From the NCBI GenBank assembly GCA_965205505.1, contig CBDBHB010000009.1, positions 384,001 to 448,000 on the forward strand: a stretch of DNA of 64,000 nt, written 5' to 3'. A model generated the notes under the pieces. The model ran no database searches. It worked only from the letters and a program-made list of their open reading frames with translations, and was not told the DNA's origin. This document shows positions 9,629 through 18,642 of the stretch, in pieces (position 1 is the stretch's first letter; each line of letters begins with the position of its first letter). Position numbers and translations under genes: made by a program. The stretch is from Acidobacteriota bacterium (GTDB lineage: Bacteria; Acidobacteriota; UBA890; WLXD01).

Positions 9629-11278
9629 TCAGGGCTCGAGCCCGAAGGTGAAGATGTCGTTGCCGGCGGCGATGGTCACGTACTGATCGCCGTCGGCAAG
9701 ATACGTGATCGGCGCGGCCTGCACCCGTCCACCGATGTTCATGTGCCAGAGGTCTTCACCGGTGTGTGCGTCAAGCGCGAAGAAGTACCCGTCGACCGTG
9801 CCACCGAACACCAGATCGCCCGCCGTCGACAGCAGCCCCGTCCGGCCCCGCGGCTGCACGCGGTGCTCCCACTTCCTTTCGCCGGTCTGCGGCACGATGG
9901 CCCGCACGGCGGCGACGTAGTTGTCGATTGGCATCGTTCTCTGCCAGCTGCCGCCCTCATAGAGCTCGCCGGGCACGTACTCGTCGTCACGAACGAAGAA
10001 CAGCTCCTCGGCGTCATGGGTCATGACGTAGAGAAGCCCCGTCTTGGGGCTGTAGGTGGTCGACCACCAGTTGGCGGCGTCCTCCACCGGTGGGGCAACC
10101 AACGTGCCCTCCGCACTGGGCATGATGCCGGGCCGGAAGATCGGTCGACCGTCGTCGTCGATGCGCTCCGCCCAGGTCTGCTTGGCGAAGGGCGTCGCCA
10201 GCAAGAACTCGCCGGTCTCGCGGTCGAGCACATAGAAAAACGCGTTGCGGTTCGCCCAGACCATGAGCTTGCGCGGCTGCCCATCGAAGACGGCGTCGAC
10301 CAGAACAGGGATCTGAGCGGCGTCCCAGTCCCAGACATCATGCGGGGTGAACTGGAAGTACCACCTGAGCTCGCCGCTGTCGGCGTCGAGCGCCAGGACG
10401 CAGTCGGAGTACAGGTTGTCGCCCTCCCGGTCCTCGCCGTTGAAATCGGGGCCGGGATTACCCGTCCCCCAGTAGACGAGATTGAGCTCCGGGTCGAACG
10501 AGCCGGTTACCCAGGTTGCAGAGCCTCCGGTCTTCCAGGAGTCGCCCTCCCAGGTCTCGTTGCCGGGCTCGCCGGGTGCGGGAATCGTGTAGAAGCGCCA
10601 GACTCGGCTCCCGGTCTCGGCGTCATAGGCGTCGATGAAGCCGCGAATGCCGTAGTCGCCGCCGGCGATGCCCGTCACCACCATGTTCTTGACGACGAGC
10701 GGCGCTGCCGTCTTGCTGTAGCCGGCCTGGTGATCGATCACCTCGATGTTCCAGATTACGTTGCCGGTCTTGGCGTCCAGCGCGACGAGGTGCGCATCGA
10801 GGGTGCTCACGAACAGCCGATCGCCCAGGATCGCCACGCCGCGGTTGTTTCGCCCACAGCAGTAGGGGACGCCGCTCGGGACCTCGTGCTCGTATCGCCA
10901 GAACTGTCGTCCCGTCTTGGCATCCAGGGCGATCACGGTGCTCGGTGACTCGGTCACATACATGACGCCGTCGACGACGAGCGGCGTCGTTTCTGCCCGG
11001 TCGAGAGTCCGCAATTGGTGGACCCATTTCAGGCGGAGCCTGGCGGCGTTCTGCGCCTGAATCTGGTCCAGTCGGCTGTAGCGCTGTCCGTTGTACTGCC
11101 CCGAGTACATGAGCCAGTTGCCGGGCTCCTGGTCGGCGTTGACCAGTCGGTCGTAGCCCACCGGGCTGAAGGCGGGCACGGCCGTGGTGGGTGCGGACGA
11201 TTGCCCCTCGGCGGGCCCGTCGCCGGCAAGCAGCAGGACTGCGATAGCTACCGCGGCGAGAAGCGTGCGCCGTCTCAT
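9629..11278 (-). CDS. PQQ-dependent dehydrogenase, methanol/ethanol family
   Basis: Vicinal CC (YCCGRNNRG), WGTGNPGP, GDNLYS, PHDVWDWD; signal peptide; ATGA overlap with the upstream cytochrome. Confidence 0.92.
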   Translation of the reverse strand: MRRRTLLAAVAIAVLLLAGDGPAEGQSSAPTTAVPAFSPVGYDRLVNADQEPGNWLMYSGQYNGQRYSRLDQIQAQNAARLRLKWVHQLRTLDRAETTPLVVDGVMYVTESPSTVIALDAKTGRQFWRYEHEVPSGVPYCCGRNNRGVAILGDRLFVSTLDAHLVALDAKTGNVIWNIEVIDHQAGYSKTAAPLVVKNMVVTGIAGGDYGIRGFIDAYDAETGSRVWRFYTIPAPGEPGNETWEGDSWKTGGSATWVTGSFDPELNLVYWGTGNPGPDFNGEDREGDNLYSDCVLALDADSGELRWYFQFTPHDVWDWDAAQIPVLVDAVFDGQPRKLMVWANRNAFFYVLDRETGEFLLATPFAKQTWAERIDDDGRPIFRPGIMPSAEGTLVAPPVEDAANWWSTTYSPKTGLLYVMTHDAEELFFVRDDEYVPGELYEGGSWQRTMPIDNYVAAVRAIVPQTGERKWEHRVQPRGRTGLLSTAGDLVFGGTVDGYFFALDAHTGEDLWHMNIGGRVQAAPITYLADGDQYVTIAAGNDIFTFGLEP

Positions 11279-12081
11279 GGTTGTCTCTCCGTTCTTCGCA
11301 ACGAGTACAGGTAGGCCACGAGATCGTCCACTTCCCCCGGAGTCAGCTCTCCCTCGTAGCTCGGCATGGGGGAGGTCTCGATGCGCTCGCTCTCGCGCAG
11401 GTCTCGCTTCGCGAACGACCAGAGGTTCTCGTCTCCATCCATGATGCGCACGGAGTACGTATCCTCGTTCATGCGTATCCCTTCGACCCGCGTACCGTCC
11501 TCGTGCGCGACTCGCATCGACCACCAGCGGGGTTGCACCTCCTCCTGCGGCTGAAGCAGGTCGGCTCTTAGCGCCCCCGGCGCACGGCGCTCGCCGACCC
11601 GGGTGAGATCGGGCCCCAGCCGGCCTCCGGTGCCCTCGACCATATGGCAGCTGTCGCAGTCGCCCTTGCCGCGGTAAAGCGCTGCGCCCGCGGACGGATC
11701 GCCCGGCAGCGACGCGTCATCCGGCGCTTGGTTCAGCGCCCCGAGGTAGGCCACGAGCTGCCAGACGGCCTTATCCGATCGGGTTCGGTGAAGCGGTGGC
11801 ATCTCGGTGCCGGGGATTCCTTCCGCGACTACCTCGAACAGCCCTGCGTCGCCGCGCGCCAGGATCCTCCCGGTCGTCAGATCGGGCCCCCGACCGCCCC
11901 TCGCGTCGCGTGCGTGGCAACGGCCGCAATGCACACGGAACAAGTTCTCGCCAGCAGCAACATCTTCCAACTCGGTAAACGGATTGATGGTCTCCTGGGC
12001 CGCGACGTTCGTGGCCCAGCCCACTACCAGCAGACCGGCGACTGGCGCCACGCGCCAGCGGCGGTGTGTTCTGCGAAGCAT
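11275..12081 (-). CDS. Diheme cytochrome c, probable partner of the PQQ dehydrogenase
   Basis: CGRCH and CDSCH; GPDLT; SPMPSY; DLVAYL; signal peptide. Confidence 0.9.
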   Translation of the reverse strand: MLRRTHRRWRVAPVAGLLVVGWATNVAAQETINPFTELEDVAAGENLFRVHCGRCHARDARGGRGPDLTTGRILARGDAGLFEVVAEGIPGTEMPPLHRTRSDKAVWQLVAYLGALNQAPDDASLPGDPSAGAALYRGKGDCDSCHMVEGTGGRLGPDLTRVGERRAPGALRADLLQPQEEVQPRWWSMRVAHEDGTRVEGIRMNEDTYSVRIMDGDENLWSFAKRDLRESERIETSPMPSYEGELTPGEVDDLVAYLYSLRRTERQP

Positions 12082-12261
12082 GCCCATCCTTTCTGCCGAG
12101 ATGTTCCAGGTGACACCGCATTGTCTACCGATGACTCCGGCTTGATAAGAGGGTCGATCTCCAATCCGCTGGAATCCGCGCAAGGGGCGTGCTTAGTTTG
12201 TCTTTCAGGGTAACCGGGTCAGCATCGGCTCTGCGGAGCGCAGCACGCGGGAGGAAGCTCG

Positions 12262-13506
12262 ATGAGGAAAGCGCTGATCGTCGGCGTTGCATCGCTAGCC
12301 TTGATCGGTAGCTGGAACACGCTCCCAGCTTCGGGCTCGTCGCCGCAAGAACAGGTGCCCACCTGGACCGACGACATCGGCCCCCTGATGGCCGCCAACT
12401 GCATGGGTTGCCACCGGCCAGGCGAGGTAGCCCCCATGTCGTTGTTGTCTTACGACGACGTTGTCCCCTGGGCCCGTTCGATCCGCATGGTGGTCGGCGA
12501 GCGCATCATGCCCCCATGGCATGCCGATCCGCGCTGGGGCCATTTCGCCAACGACCGCCGGCTCACCGATGACGAGATCGGCACCATGTTGGCCTGGATC
12601 GAGGCCGGGTCTCCGCGTGGGACCGGCACGTTCGCCGCACCGACCTTCCCGGAGGGCTGGGCCCTCGCCGCCTCGGCGGGGCCGCCCGACTATGTCTTCG
12701 AGATGGAGGAGGAGTGGCAAATGCCGGCTGCCGGGCCGGACATCTACCAGCACGTCTACATCCCCACCACGCACACCGAGGACATCTGGTTGCGCGGGTT
12801 GGAGGCCAGGGGCAACTCACGGATTGTCCACCACATCGACATCATGGCCGAGCATCCGGACGACAGTCGGGCATTGCTGGGGATCAACCTTCCCGGGAAG
12901 CCGCCGGATTTCTTCCCGGAGGGCAGCGCCGTGCTGTTCCCGGCCGGAGCGCAGCTGCGTCTGACGATGCACTACCACCCCAACGGCGAGGAGCAGACGA
13001 ACCGCACCCGCGTCGGCGTCTGGCTGGCGCGATCCCCGATCGAGTACCAGGTCATCGGCAGCCTCGTTACCGACCAGACGTTCGAAATCCCGCCGTATGA
13101 GCCGAACTACGAGCACGTCGCGGAAAAGGTGTTCGACGAGGATGTCGATCTGCTGGTCCTCAACCCGCACATGCACTATCGGGGCAAGGACTTCATGTTC
13201 CAGGCGATCCATCCCGACGGTCGGGAAGAGACCCTGCTGTACGTGCCGCACTACAACATCTACTGGCAGATGGTCTACAAGCTGGCGCAGCCGCTTCACC
13301 TGGCCAAGGGATCGAAGCTCCGGACGGTCGGACACTTCGACAACTCCGAGAACAACCCCTGGAACCCGAACCCCAGCGTGAGGGTCATCTACGGCATGGA
13401 CTCGCGCGACGAGATGTTCGAGGGATGGCTCCACTATCGCCGCAAGTTGGACAAGCCGGTCATTCCTTCCTACGGCGAGCTCACCACCGACGGCGGCGCG
13501 AGCTAG
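12262..13506 (+). CDS. Cytochrome c-fused copper type II (PHM/DbM-like) monooxygenase, copy 1
   Basis: CMGCH...MPPW; VHH, MHY, PHMH, DEM matching PHM CuH/CuM ligand spacing; signal peptide. Confidence 0.8.
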   Translation: MRKALIVGVASLALIGSWNTLPASGSSPQEQVPTWTDDIGPLMAANCMGCHRPGEVAPMSLLSYDDVVPWARSIRMVVGERIMPPWHADPRWGHFANDRRLTDDEIGTMLAWIEAGSPRGTGTFAAPTFPEGWALAASAGPPDYVFEMEEEWQMPAAGPDIYQHVYIPTTHTEDIWLRGLEARGNSRIVHHIDIMAEHPDDSRALLGINLPGKPPDFFPEGSAVLFPAGAQLRLTMHYHPNGEEQTNRTRVGVWLARSPIEYQVIGSLVTDQTFEIPPYEPNYEHVAEKVFDEDVDLLVLNPHMHYRGKDFMFQAIHPDGREETLLYVPHYNIYWQMVYKLAQPLHLAKGSKLRTVGHFDNSENNPWNPNPSVRVIYGMDSRDEMFEGWLHYRRKLDKPVIPSYGELTTDGGAS

Positions 13507-13550
13507 TGTCCCGGAGCCTCTGTTCCCGGACGCTCGGTGCATGCTCGAAG

Positions 13551-14234
13551 ATGAGGATCTCTAGGGCACTTGCCCTCGGGCTGAGCGTCGGGATCTTGGT
13601 TTCCGGGTGTAGCCGGGAGGCCGAGCCGGATCCCGTCGGTCTCTGGAACCTGAAATTCGGCGCGAGCCAGGCGTCGACCGGAAGGATTCCCACCTCGCTG
13701 CTCCGGGTGGAGGAGGTCGACGGTGAGATCGAAGCTCAGCTCACCTCGATCCGCGACCGCTTTCTCCCCGTCGACGACCTCCGCGTCGAGGGCGCAACGA
13801 TGAGCTTCGCCTATGGTGCCTACGAGTACGACCTCGAAATCGACGGCGATCTCATGACCGGAACCGTCGTCAGCCCGCGCGGCACCGAGCCGGTCAGCGG
13901 CCGTCGACAGGTCGAGACCATGATGTACAACCGCCCGGAGGAGTTCCGGACTTCCCGGGGCGGGGTCATCGGCCACCGAGTCGAGCTGGCGCCTCCCGAC
14001 GACGAGCCCGACCCGACCGCGTGGGTGCTCAGCCGGGTCCAGGCTCCGAGGGACCTGGCGTTCATTGTCTTTCTGAGGAACCACACGACTGCTGTCGCCT
14101 TCGTCAACGCCGAGGATTTCGAGGAGGAGCTCAGAGCCCACGCCGGCCAAAGGGTCGAGATCACCGCCGTCTGGGTGGGGGAAGAGCTCCGCCTGGAGAC
14201 CATCGAGGCAGCTGAAACGGAGACTGAAGGCTGA
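13551..14234 (+). CDS. Hypothetical lipoprotein, copy 1
   Basis: VSGC lipobox; paralog of 15494-16186. Confidence 0.8.
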   Translation: MRISRALALGLSVGILVSGCSREAEPDPVGLWNLKFGASQASTGRIPTSLLRVEEVDGEIEAQLTSIRDRFLPVDDLRVEGATMSFAYGAYEYDLEIDGDLMTGTVVSPRGTEPVSGRRQVETMMYNRPEEFRTSRGGVIGHRVELAPPDDEPDPTAWVLSRVQAPRDLAFIVFLRNHTTAVAFVNAEDFEEELRAHAGQRVEITAVWVGEELRLETIEAAETETEG

Positions 14235-15481
14235 TGAGGAAGGCGCTGATCGTCGGCGTTGCATGCATCGTCCTGATCGGCAGCTGGGGCACGCTCGTAG
14301 CTTCGGGCTCGCCACCGCAAGAACGAGCGCCCACCTGGACAGACGACATCGCGCCCCTGATGGCGGTCAACTGCATGGGCTGCCACCGGCCGGGAGAGGT
14401 GTCTCCCATGTCGCTGTTGACCTACGAGGACGTTGTACCGTGGGCCCGGTCGATCCGCATGGTGGTCAGCGAGCGGATCATGCCTCCGTGGCATGCGGAT
14501 CCACGTTACGGCGATTTTGCCAACGACCGCCGGTTGACCGAAGAGGAGATCGGCACGCTCGTCGAGTGGGTCGCGGCGGGGGCTCCCCGCGGCAGCGGCG
14601 CGTTCACCCCACCGACGTTCCCGACCGGCTGGGCCCTCGACGCCGAGCTCGGGCCGCCCGACTACATCTTCGAGTTGGAAGAGGAGTTTCTCGTGCCGGC
14701 GGCCGGGCCGGACATCATCCACCACGTCATGACCTCCACGACACACGAAGAGGACATCTGGATCCGAGCAATCGAGGCGCGGGGCAATTCCAGGGTGGTG
14801 CATCACATCAACGTCGACGCCTATTGGCCCGACGGCACCTGGGACGGGCTGGCGCTCGCGGTTCCCGGCAGGCAGCCGGATCTGTTCCCGGATGGGAGCG
14901 CGCATCGGCTGCCGGTCGGATCACAGTTCCGCGTCGAGATGCACTATCACCCGAACGGCGAGGAACAGGTCGACCGCACCAAGGTCGGCGTCTGGCTGGC
15001 CCGAACAGCAATCGAGTACGAGATCCGCGGCAGTCTGGTCACCGATCAGAGCTTCGAGATACCGCCGTACGAGCCGAACTACGAGAGCGTCGCGGAGAGG
15101 GAGTTCGACGAGGAGGTCGAGCTGCTGCTCATGACCCCGCACATGCACTATCGCGGCAAGGACATGAGGTTCCAGGCGATCCATCCCGACGGTCGGGAGG
15201 AGACCCTGCTGTTCGTGCCGCAATACAACATGTACTGGCAGATCGCCTACGTGCTGGCGAAACCGACTCGGCTCGCCAAGGGGTCGAAGCTCCGGGTTAC
15301 CTCGCACTTCGATAACTCGGAGAACAACCCCTGGAACCCGAACCCCAGCGTGAGGGTCATCTGGGGCATGGATTCACGCGACGAGATGATGGAGGGATGG
15401 ATCCACTATAGACGCAAGCTGGCAGAGCCGGTCATTCCCTCCTACGACGCCGAGATCACTGGCGGCAGTGGCGCCAGGTAG
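14234..15481 (+). CDS. Cytochrome c-fused copper type II monooxygenase, copy 2
   Basis: Same motifs (CMGCH, VHH, MHY, PHMH, DEM); TGATG coupling to the upstream gene. Confidence 0.8.
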   Translation: MRKALIVGVACIVLIGSWGTLVASGSPPQERAPTWTDDIAPLMAVNCMGCHRPGEVSPMSLLTYEDVVPWARSIRMVVSERIMPPWHADPRYGDFANDRRLTEEEIGTLVEWVAAGAPRGSGAFTPPTFPTGWALDAELGPPDYIFELEEEFLVPAAGPDIIHHVMTSTTHEEDIWIRAIEARGNSRVVHHINVDAYWPDGTWDGLALAVPGRQPDLFPDGSAHRLPVGSQFRVEMHYHPNGEEQVDRTKVGVWLARTAIEYEIRGSLVTDQSFEIPPYEPNYESVAEREFDEEVELLLMTPHMHYRGKDMRFQAIHPDGREETLLFVPQYNMYWQIAYVLAKPTRLAKGSKLRVTSHFDNSENNPWNPNPSVRVIWGMDSRDEMMEGWIHYRRKLAEPVIPSYDAEITGGSGAR

Positions 15482-15493
15482 GGGTCGTCTTCG

Positions 15494-16186
15494 ATGCCGC
15501 TCGGAGACTCTCGCGCGTTCGCCGTCGCGACCGGCCTTACACTCGGCCTCGGAATCGCCGGGTGTGTCCAGGCAGCCGAGCCGGATCCCGTCGGGCTCTG
15601 GAACCTGAAATTCGGAGAGCAGAGTCAGCGCGCGACCGGCAGGATTCGCACCGTGCTGCTGCGATTGGAGGAGGTTGGCGGTGAGATCGACGGACACCTC
15701 ACCTCGGTTCGCGACACCTTTCTCCCCATCGACGGCCTGCGCGTCGACGGCGCTGCGATCAGCTTCGGCTTCGGCGCCTACGACTACGACCTCGAGCTCG
15801 ACGGCGATCGGGTCAGCGGAACCGTCGTCAGCCCACTCGGCACCCAGCAGGTCAGCGGCTTCCGGCAGGGCGAAACCCTGATGTACAACCGCCCGGAAGA
15901 GTTCCGGACATCACGTCAAGGGGTGATCGGCCATCGGGTCGAGCGCGTGCCTCCCGAGGGCGAGCCCGACCCGGCCGCGTGGGTTCTCGGCCGAGTGCAG
16001 GCTCCCGAAGACCTGGCACTGATCGTCGCGTTGAGGAATCACAAGGCCGTGATCGGCTTTGTCAATGCCGGGGATTTCGAGGAGGAGCTCAGGGCCCACG
16101 CTGGCCAGCAGGTCGAGATCACCGCCGTCTGGGTGGGGGAAGAACTCCGTCTCGAGCACATCGAGCCGGCTCACGAGGAGCACTGA
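15494..16186 (+). CDS. Hypothetical lipoprotein, copy 2
   Basis: IAGC lipobox; EPDPVGLWNLKFG and MYNRPEEFRTSR shared with copy 1. Confidence 0.8.
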   Translation: MPLGDSRAFAVATGLTLGLGIAGCVQAAEPDPVGLWNLKFGEQSQRATGRIRTVLLRLEEVGGEIDGHLTSVRDTFLPIDGLRVDGAAISFGFGAYDYDLELDGDRVSGTVVSPLGTQQVSGFRQGETLMYNRPEEFRTSRQGVIGHRVERVPPEGEPDPAAWVLGRVQAPEDLALIVALRNHKAVIGFVNAGDFEEELRAHAGQQVEITAVWVGEELRLEHIEPAHEEH

Positions 16187-16194
16187 TACCGGAC

Positions 16195-16878
16195 ATGTCG
16201 ACGAAGCTCGGGGAGTTCATCAGGGCGCTCTTGACTGGCACAGGTCTGTCGCGCCGCGAGCTGCTGAAGCGAGCCGGAATCGTTGGCGCGACGGCCACCC
16301 TGCCGGTGCCGACTCTTGCTCCAGCGCCGGCGGCTGCAACCGCACAGGATGCCTTTGAGACGCTCACCGCGGCGGAATCCGGAGTGCTCGAGGCGATCGT
16401 CGCGCGGTTGATTCCGACCGACGATAGCGGGCCGGGCGCCCTGGAGGCGGGCGCTGCGCGCTACATCGACCGCGCTCTGTCCGGCGCCCTCGCGTCGTAC
16501 CGCGAGGCATACGCGGCGGGCCTCGCCGCGGTGGACGGGTACGCGCAAGCCTCCAGGGGCGCGCCCTTCGCCGGGCTCTGGGAAGCGGATCAGGACGACC
16601 TCTTGAGCGACATGGAGCAGGGCGTTGCGAGCGGGTTCGACTCGAGCTCGGCGGAGTTCTTCGGGCTGCTTCGGACGCATACGATCGAAGGCACTTTCTG
16701 CGACCCGCACTACGGCGGTAACCGGGATTTCGTCGGTTGGGACCTGCTCGGCTATCCCGGCGTCCGAGTGGTGGTTACCGAGTCGCAGCAGCGCATGGAC
16801 GCCGCGGCTACGCCGAGCCGCCGGTCGGCGTACGACTATCCGGGGTTCTCGAAGCCAGGTGTGGACCGTGGCCGTTGA
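16195..16878 (+). CDS. Gluconate 2-dehydrogenase subunit 3 family protein (Tat signal)
   Basis: SRRELLK twin-arginine motif; RLIPTD...PGA; EGTFCDPHYGGN...GW.LLGYPG. Confidence 0.9.
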   Translation: MSTKLGEFIRALLTGTGLSRRELLKRAGIVGATATLPVPTLAPAPAAATAQDAFETLTAAESGVLEAIVARLIPTDDSGPGALEAGAARYIDRALSGALASYREAYAAGLAAVDGYAQASRGAPFAGLWEADQDDLLSDMEQGVASGFDSSSAEFFGLLRTHTIEGTFCDPHYGGNRDFVGWDLLGYPGVRVVVTESQQRMDAAATPSRRSAYDYPGFSKPGVDRGR

Positions 16879-18571
16879 GCTGAAGAAGACCGACGTGGTC
16901 GTCATCGGCCTCGGAGCGGTCGGCGGTGTGGCGGCCTTGCCGCTGGCCCAGGCGGGGCTGGAAGTGATCGGGCTCGAGGCGGGAGACTGGCTCGGCCCCT
17001 CGGACTTCGCCCCCGACGAGCTGCAGCACCGGCGCGGCTGGCCACGCTCGGTGCAGAAGGCCAACCGGGAGGTTCCGATCCAACGCCGGAGCGCCTCGGC
17101 GCCCGACTCGCCCCGCTACTCCGTCCACCCGATGATGAACGCGGTCGGCGGCACCTCTCTGCACTACTGGGCGCAGAGCTGGCGTCTCCACCCCTGGGAC
17201 TTCAAGGTGGTGAGCGAGACCACCCGACGCTACGGTGCCTCGCGCATCCCGGCGGGCTCGACGGTGGAGGACTGGCCGTTCGGCTTGGAGGAGCTCGAGC
17301 CCTATTACGATCTCGTGGAATATGAGATCGGGGTCTCGGGCAAGGCCGGCAACATCGACGGCGAGATCGATCCCGGTGGGAACATCTTCGAGGGTTCGCG
17401 GCGCCGCGAGTATCCGATGCCGCCGCTACGAGGCACCGGATTCACCGAGCTTATGTCGGGCGCCGCGCGAGGTCTCGGGTGGCACCCGTTCGCCGGCCCG
17501 GCGGCGATCAACTCACGCCAGTACCAGAGCCGGTCGGCCTGTGTCTACCACGGCTTCTGTAGCCGCGGCGGCTGCCACGTCAGTGCCAAGAACTCGACCG
17601 CCGTAACGACGATCCCCAGGGCAATAGACACGGGGAGCTTGCAGGTGGTGCCGCGGGCTCACGTCCTGCGAATCGCCGATGCCGAGGACGGACGGGTGCG
17701 CGGTGTCTACTACCTCAAAGACGGTGAGACGTACTTTCAGCCGGCGTCGGTCGTGCTGCTCGCCAGCTTTACCTACGAGAATGTCCGCCTTCTGCTGCTG
17801 TCGACCTCGACGACCTATCCGAACGGCCTGTCCAACAACCACGGTCAACTCGGCAAGCACTATCTCAGCCACAACATGTTCAGCGGCGTCGTTGCCCTCT
17901 TTCCGCACGACCTCAACACCTGGTATGGACTGCCGGCGCAGGGCGTGGCGATCGACGACTGGGCCGACGACAACTTCGACCACGACGGGCTCGATTTCAT
18001 CGGCGGCGGCAACCTGTGGGTCCATACGGAGAGAAAGCCGATCAGCGCCGCGAACATGAACACGTTCGGGCGCGCCCCACGGTGGGGCTCGGCCTGGAAG
18101 TCGTTCGTCATGCAGAACGCCGATCGCTCGAACCGGTGCTTCATTCAGACGACGACGCTGCCGTACGAGAGCAACTACCTCGACCTCCATCCGACCGTGA
18201 AGGATCCCCTCGGCGATCCGGTGTGCCGCATCACGGCCGATTTCAAGGACAACGAAAGAAAGCTTGCCGTCTTCCTCCAAGACAAGATGGCGGAGTGGTA
18301 CATGGAGGCGGGCGCGGCGGAGATCGTCAAGCGCCCGATCGACACGATGGGGCCGACGGATCACGCCTACGGGGGCACACGCATGGGCGACAATCCCGAC
18401 ACCAACGTCGTCGATCGCTGGGGCTTCTCACACGAGGCCCCGAATCTCGGCGTTCTCGGAGCCTCCGTGATGGGCACCAGTGGTTCGCGCAACCCGACGC
18501 TCACCGCCCAGGCGCTCGCCTGGCGCACCGCCGAGCACCTGGTGGAGAACTGGGCCTCCATTGCCTACTAG
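16868..18571 (+). CDS. GMC family oxidoreductase (gluconate 2-dehydrogenase flavoprotein-like)
   Basis: GLGAVGG FAD motif; VGGTSLHY; CVYHGFC...GC; HAYGGTRMG; NPTLT. Confidence 0.92.
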   Translation: MAVELKKTDVVVIGLGAVGGVAALPLAQAGLEVIGLEAGDWLGPSDFAPDELQHRRGWPRSVQKANREVPIQRRSASAPDSPRYSVHPMMNAVGGTSLHYWAQSWRLHPWDFKVVSETTRRYGASRIPAGSTVEDWPFGLEELEPYYDLVEYEIGVSGKAGNIDGEIDPGGNIFEGSRRREYPMPPLRGTGFTELMSGAARGLGWHPFAGPAAINSRQYQSRSACVYHGFCSRGGCHVSAKNSTAVTTIPRAIDTGSLQVVPRAHVLRIADAEDGRVRGVYYLKDGETYFQPASVVLLASFTYENVRLLLLSTSTTYPNGLSNNHGQLGKHYLSHNMFSGVVALFPHDLNTWYGLPAQGVAIDDWADDNFDHDGLDFIGGGNLWVHTERKPISAANMNTFGRAPRWGSAWKSFVMQNADRSNRCFIQTTTLPYESNYLDLHPTVKDPLGDPVCRITADFKDNERKLAVFLQDKMAEWYMEAGAAEIVKRPIDTMGPTDHAYGGTRMGDNPDTNVVDRWGFSHEAPNLGVLGASVMGTSGSRNPTLTAQALAWRTAEHLVENWASIAY

Positions 18572-18642
18572 CAGGCCGGAGATGCTCCCCTTCCTTAACG
18601 ACTACCTGGGTCCGGTGCGTTAGTAGGGGGACCTTGAAGACG

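Larger units (their letters stand above)
12262..16186 (+). repeat. Tandem duplication of an approximately 1.97-kb two-gene unit (12262-14234 / 14234-16186)
   Basis: Both units start ATGAGGAA(A/G)GCGCTGATCGTCGGCGTTGCAT and share long identical nucleotide tracts. Confidence 0.95.
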
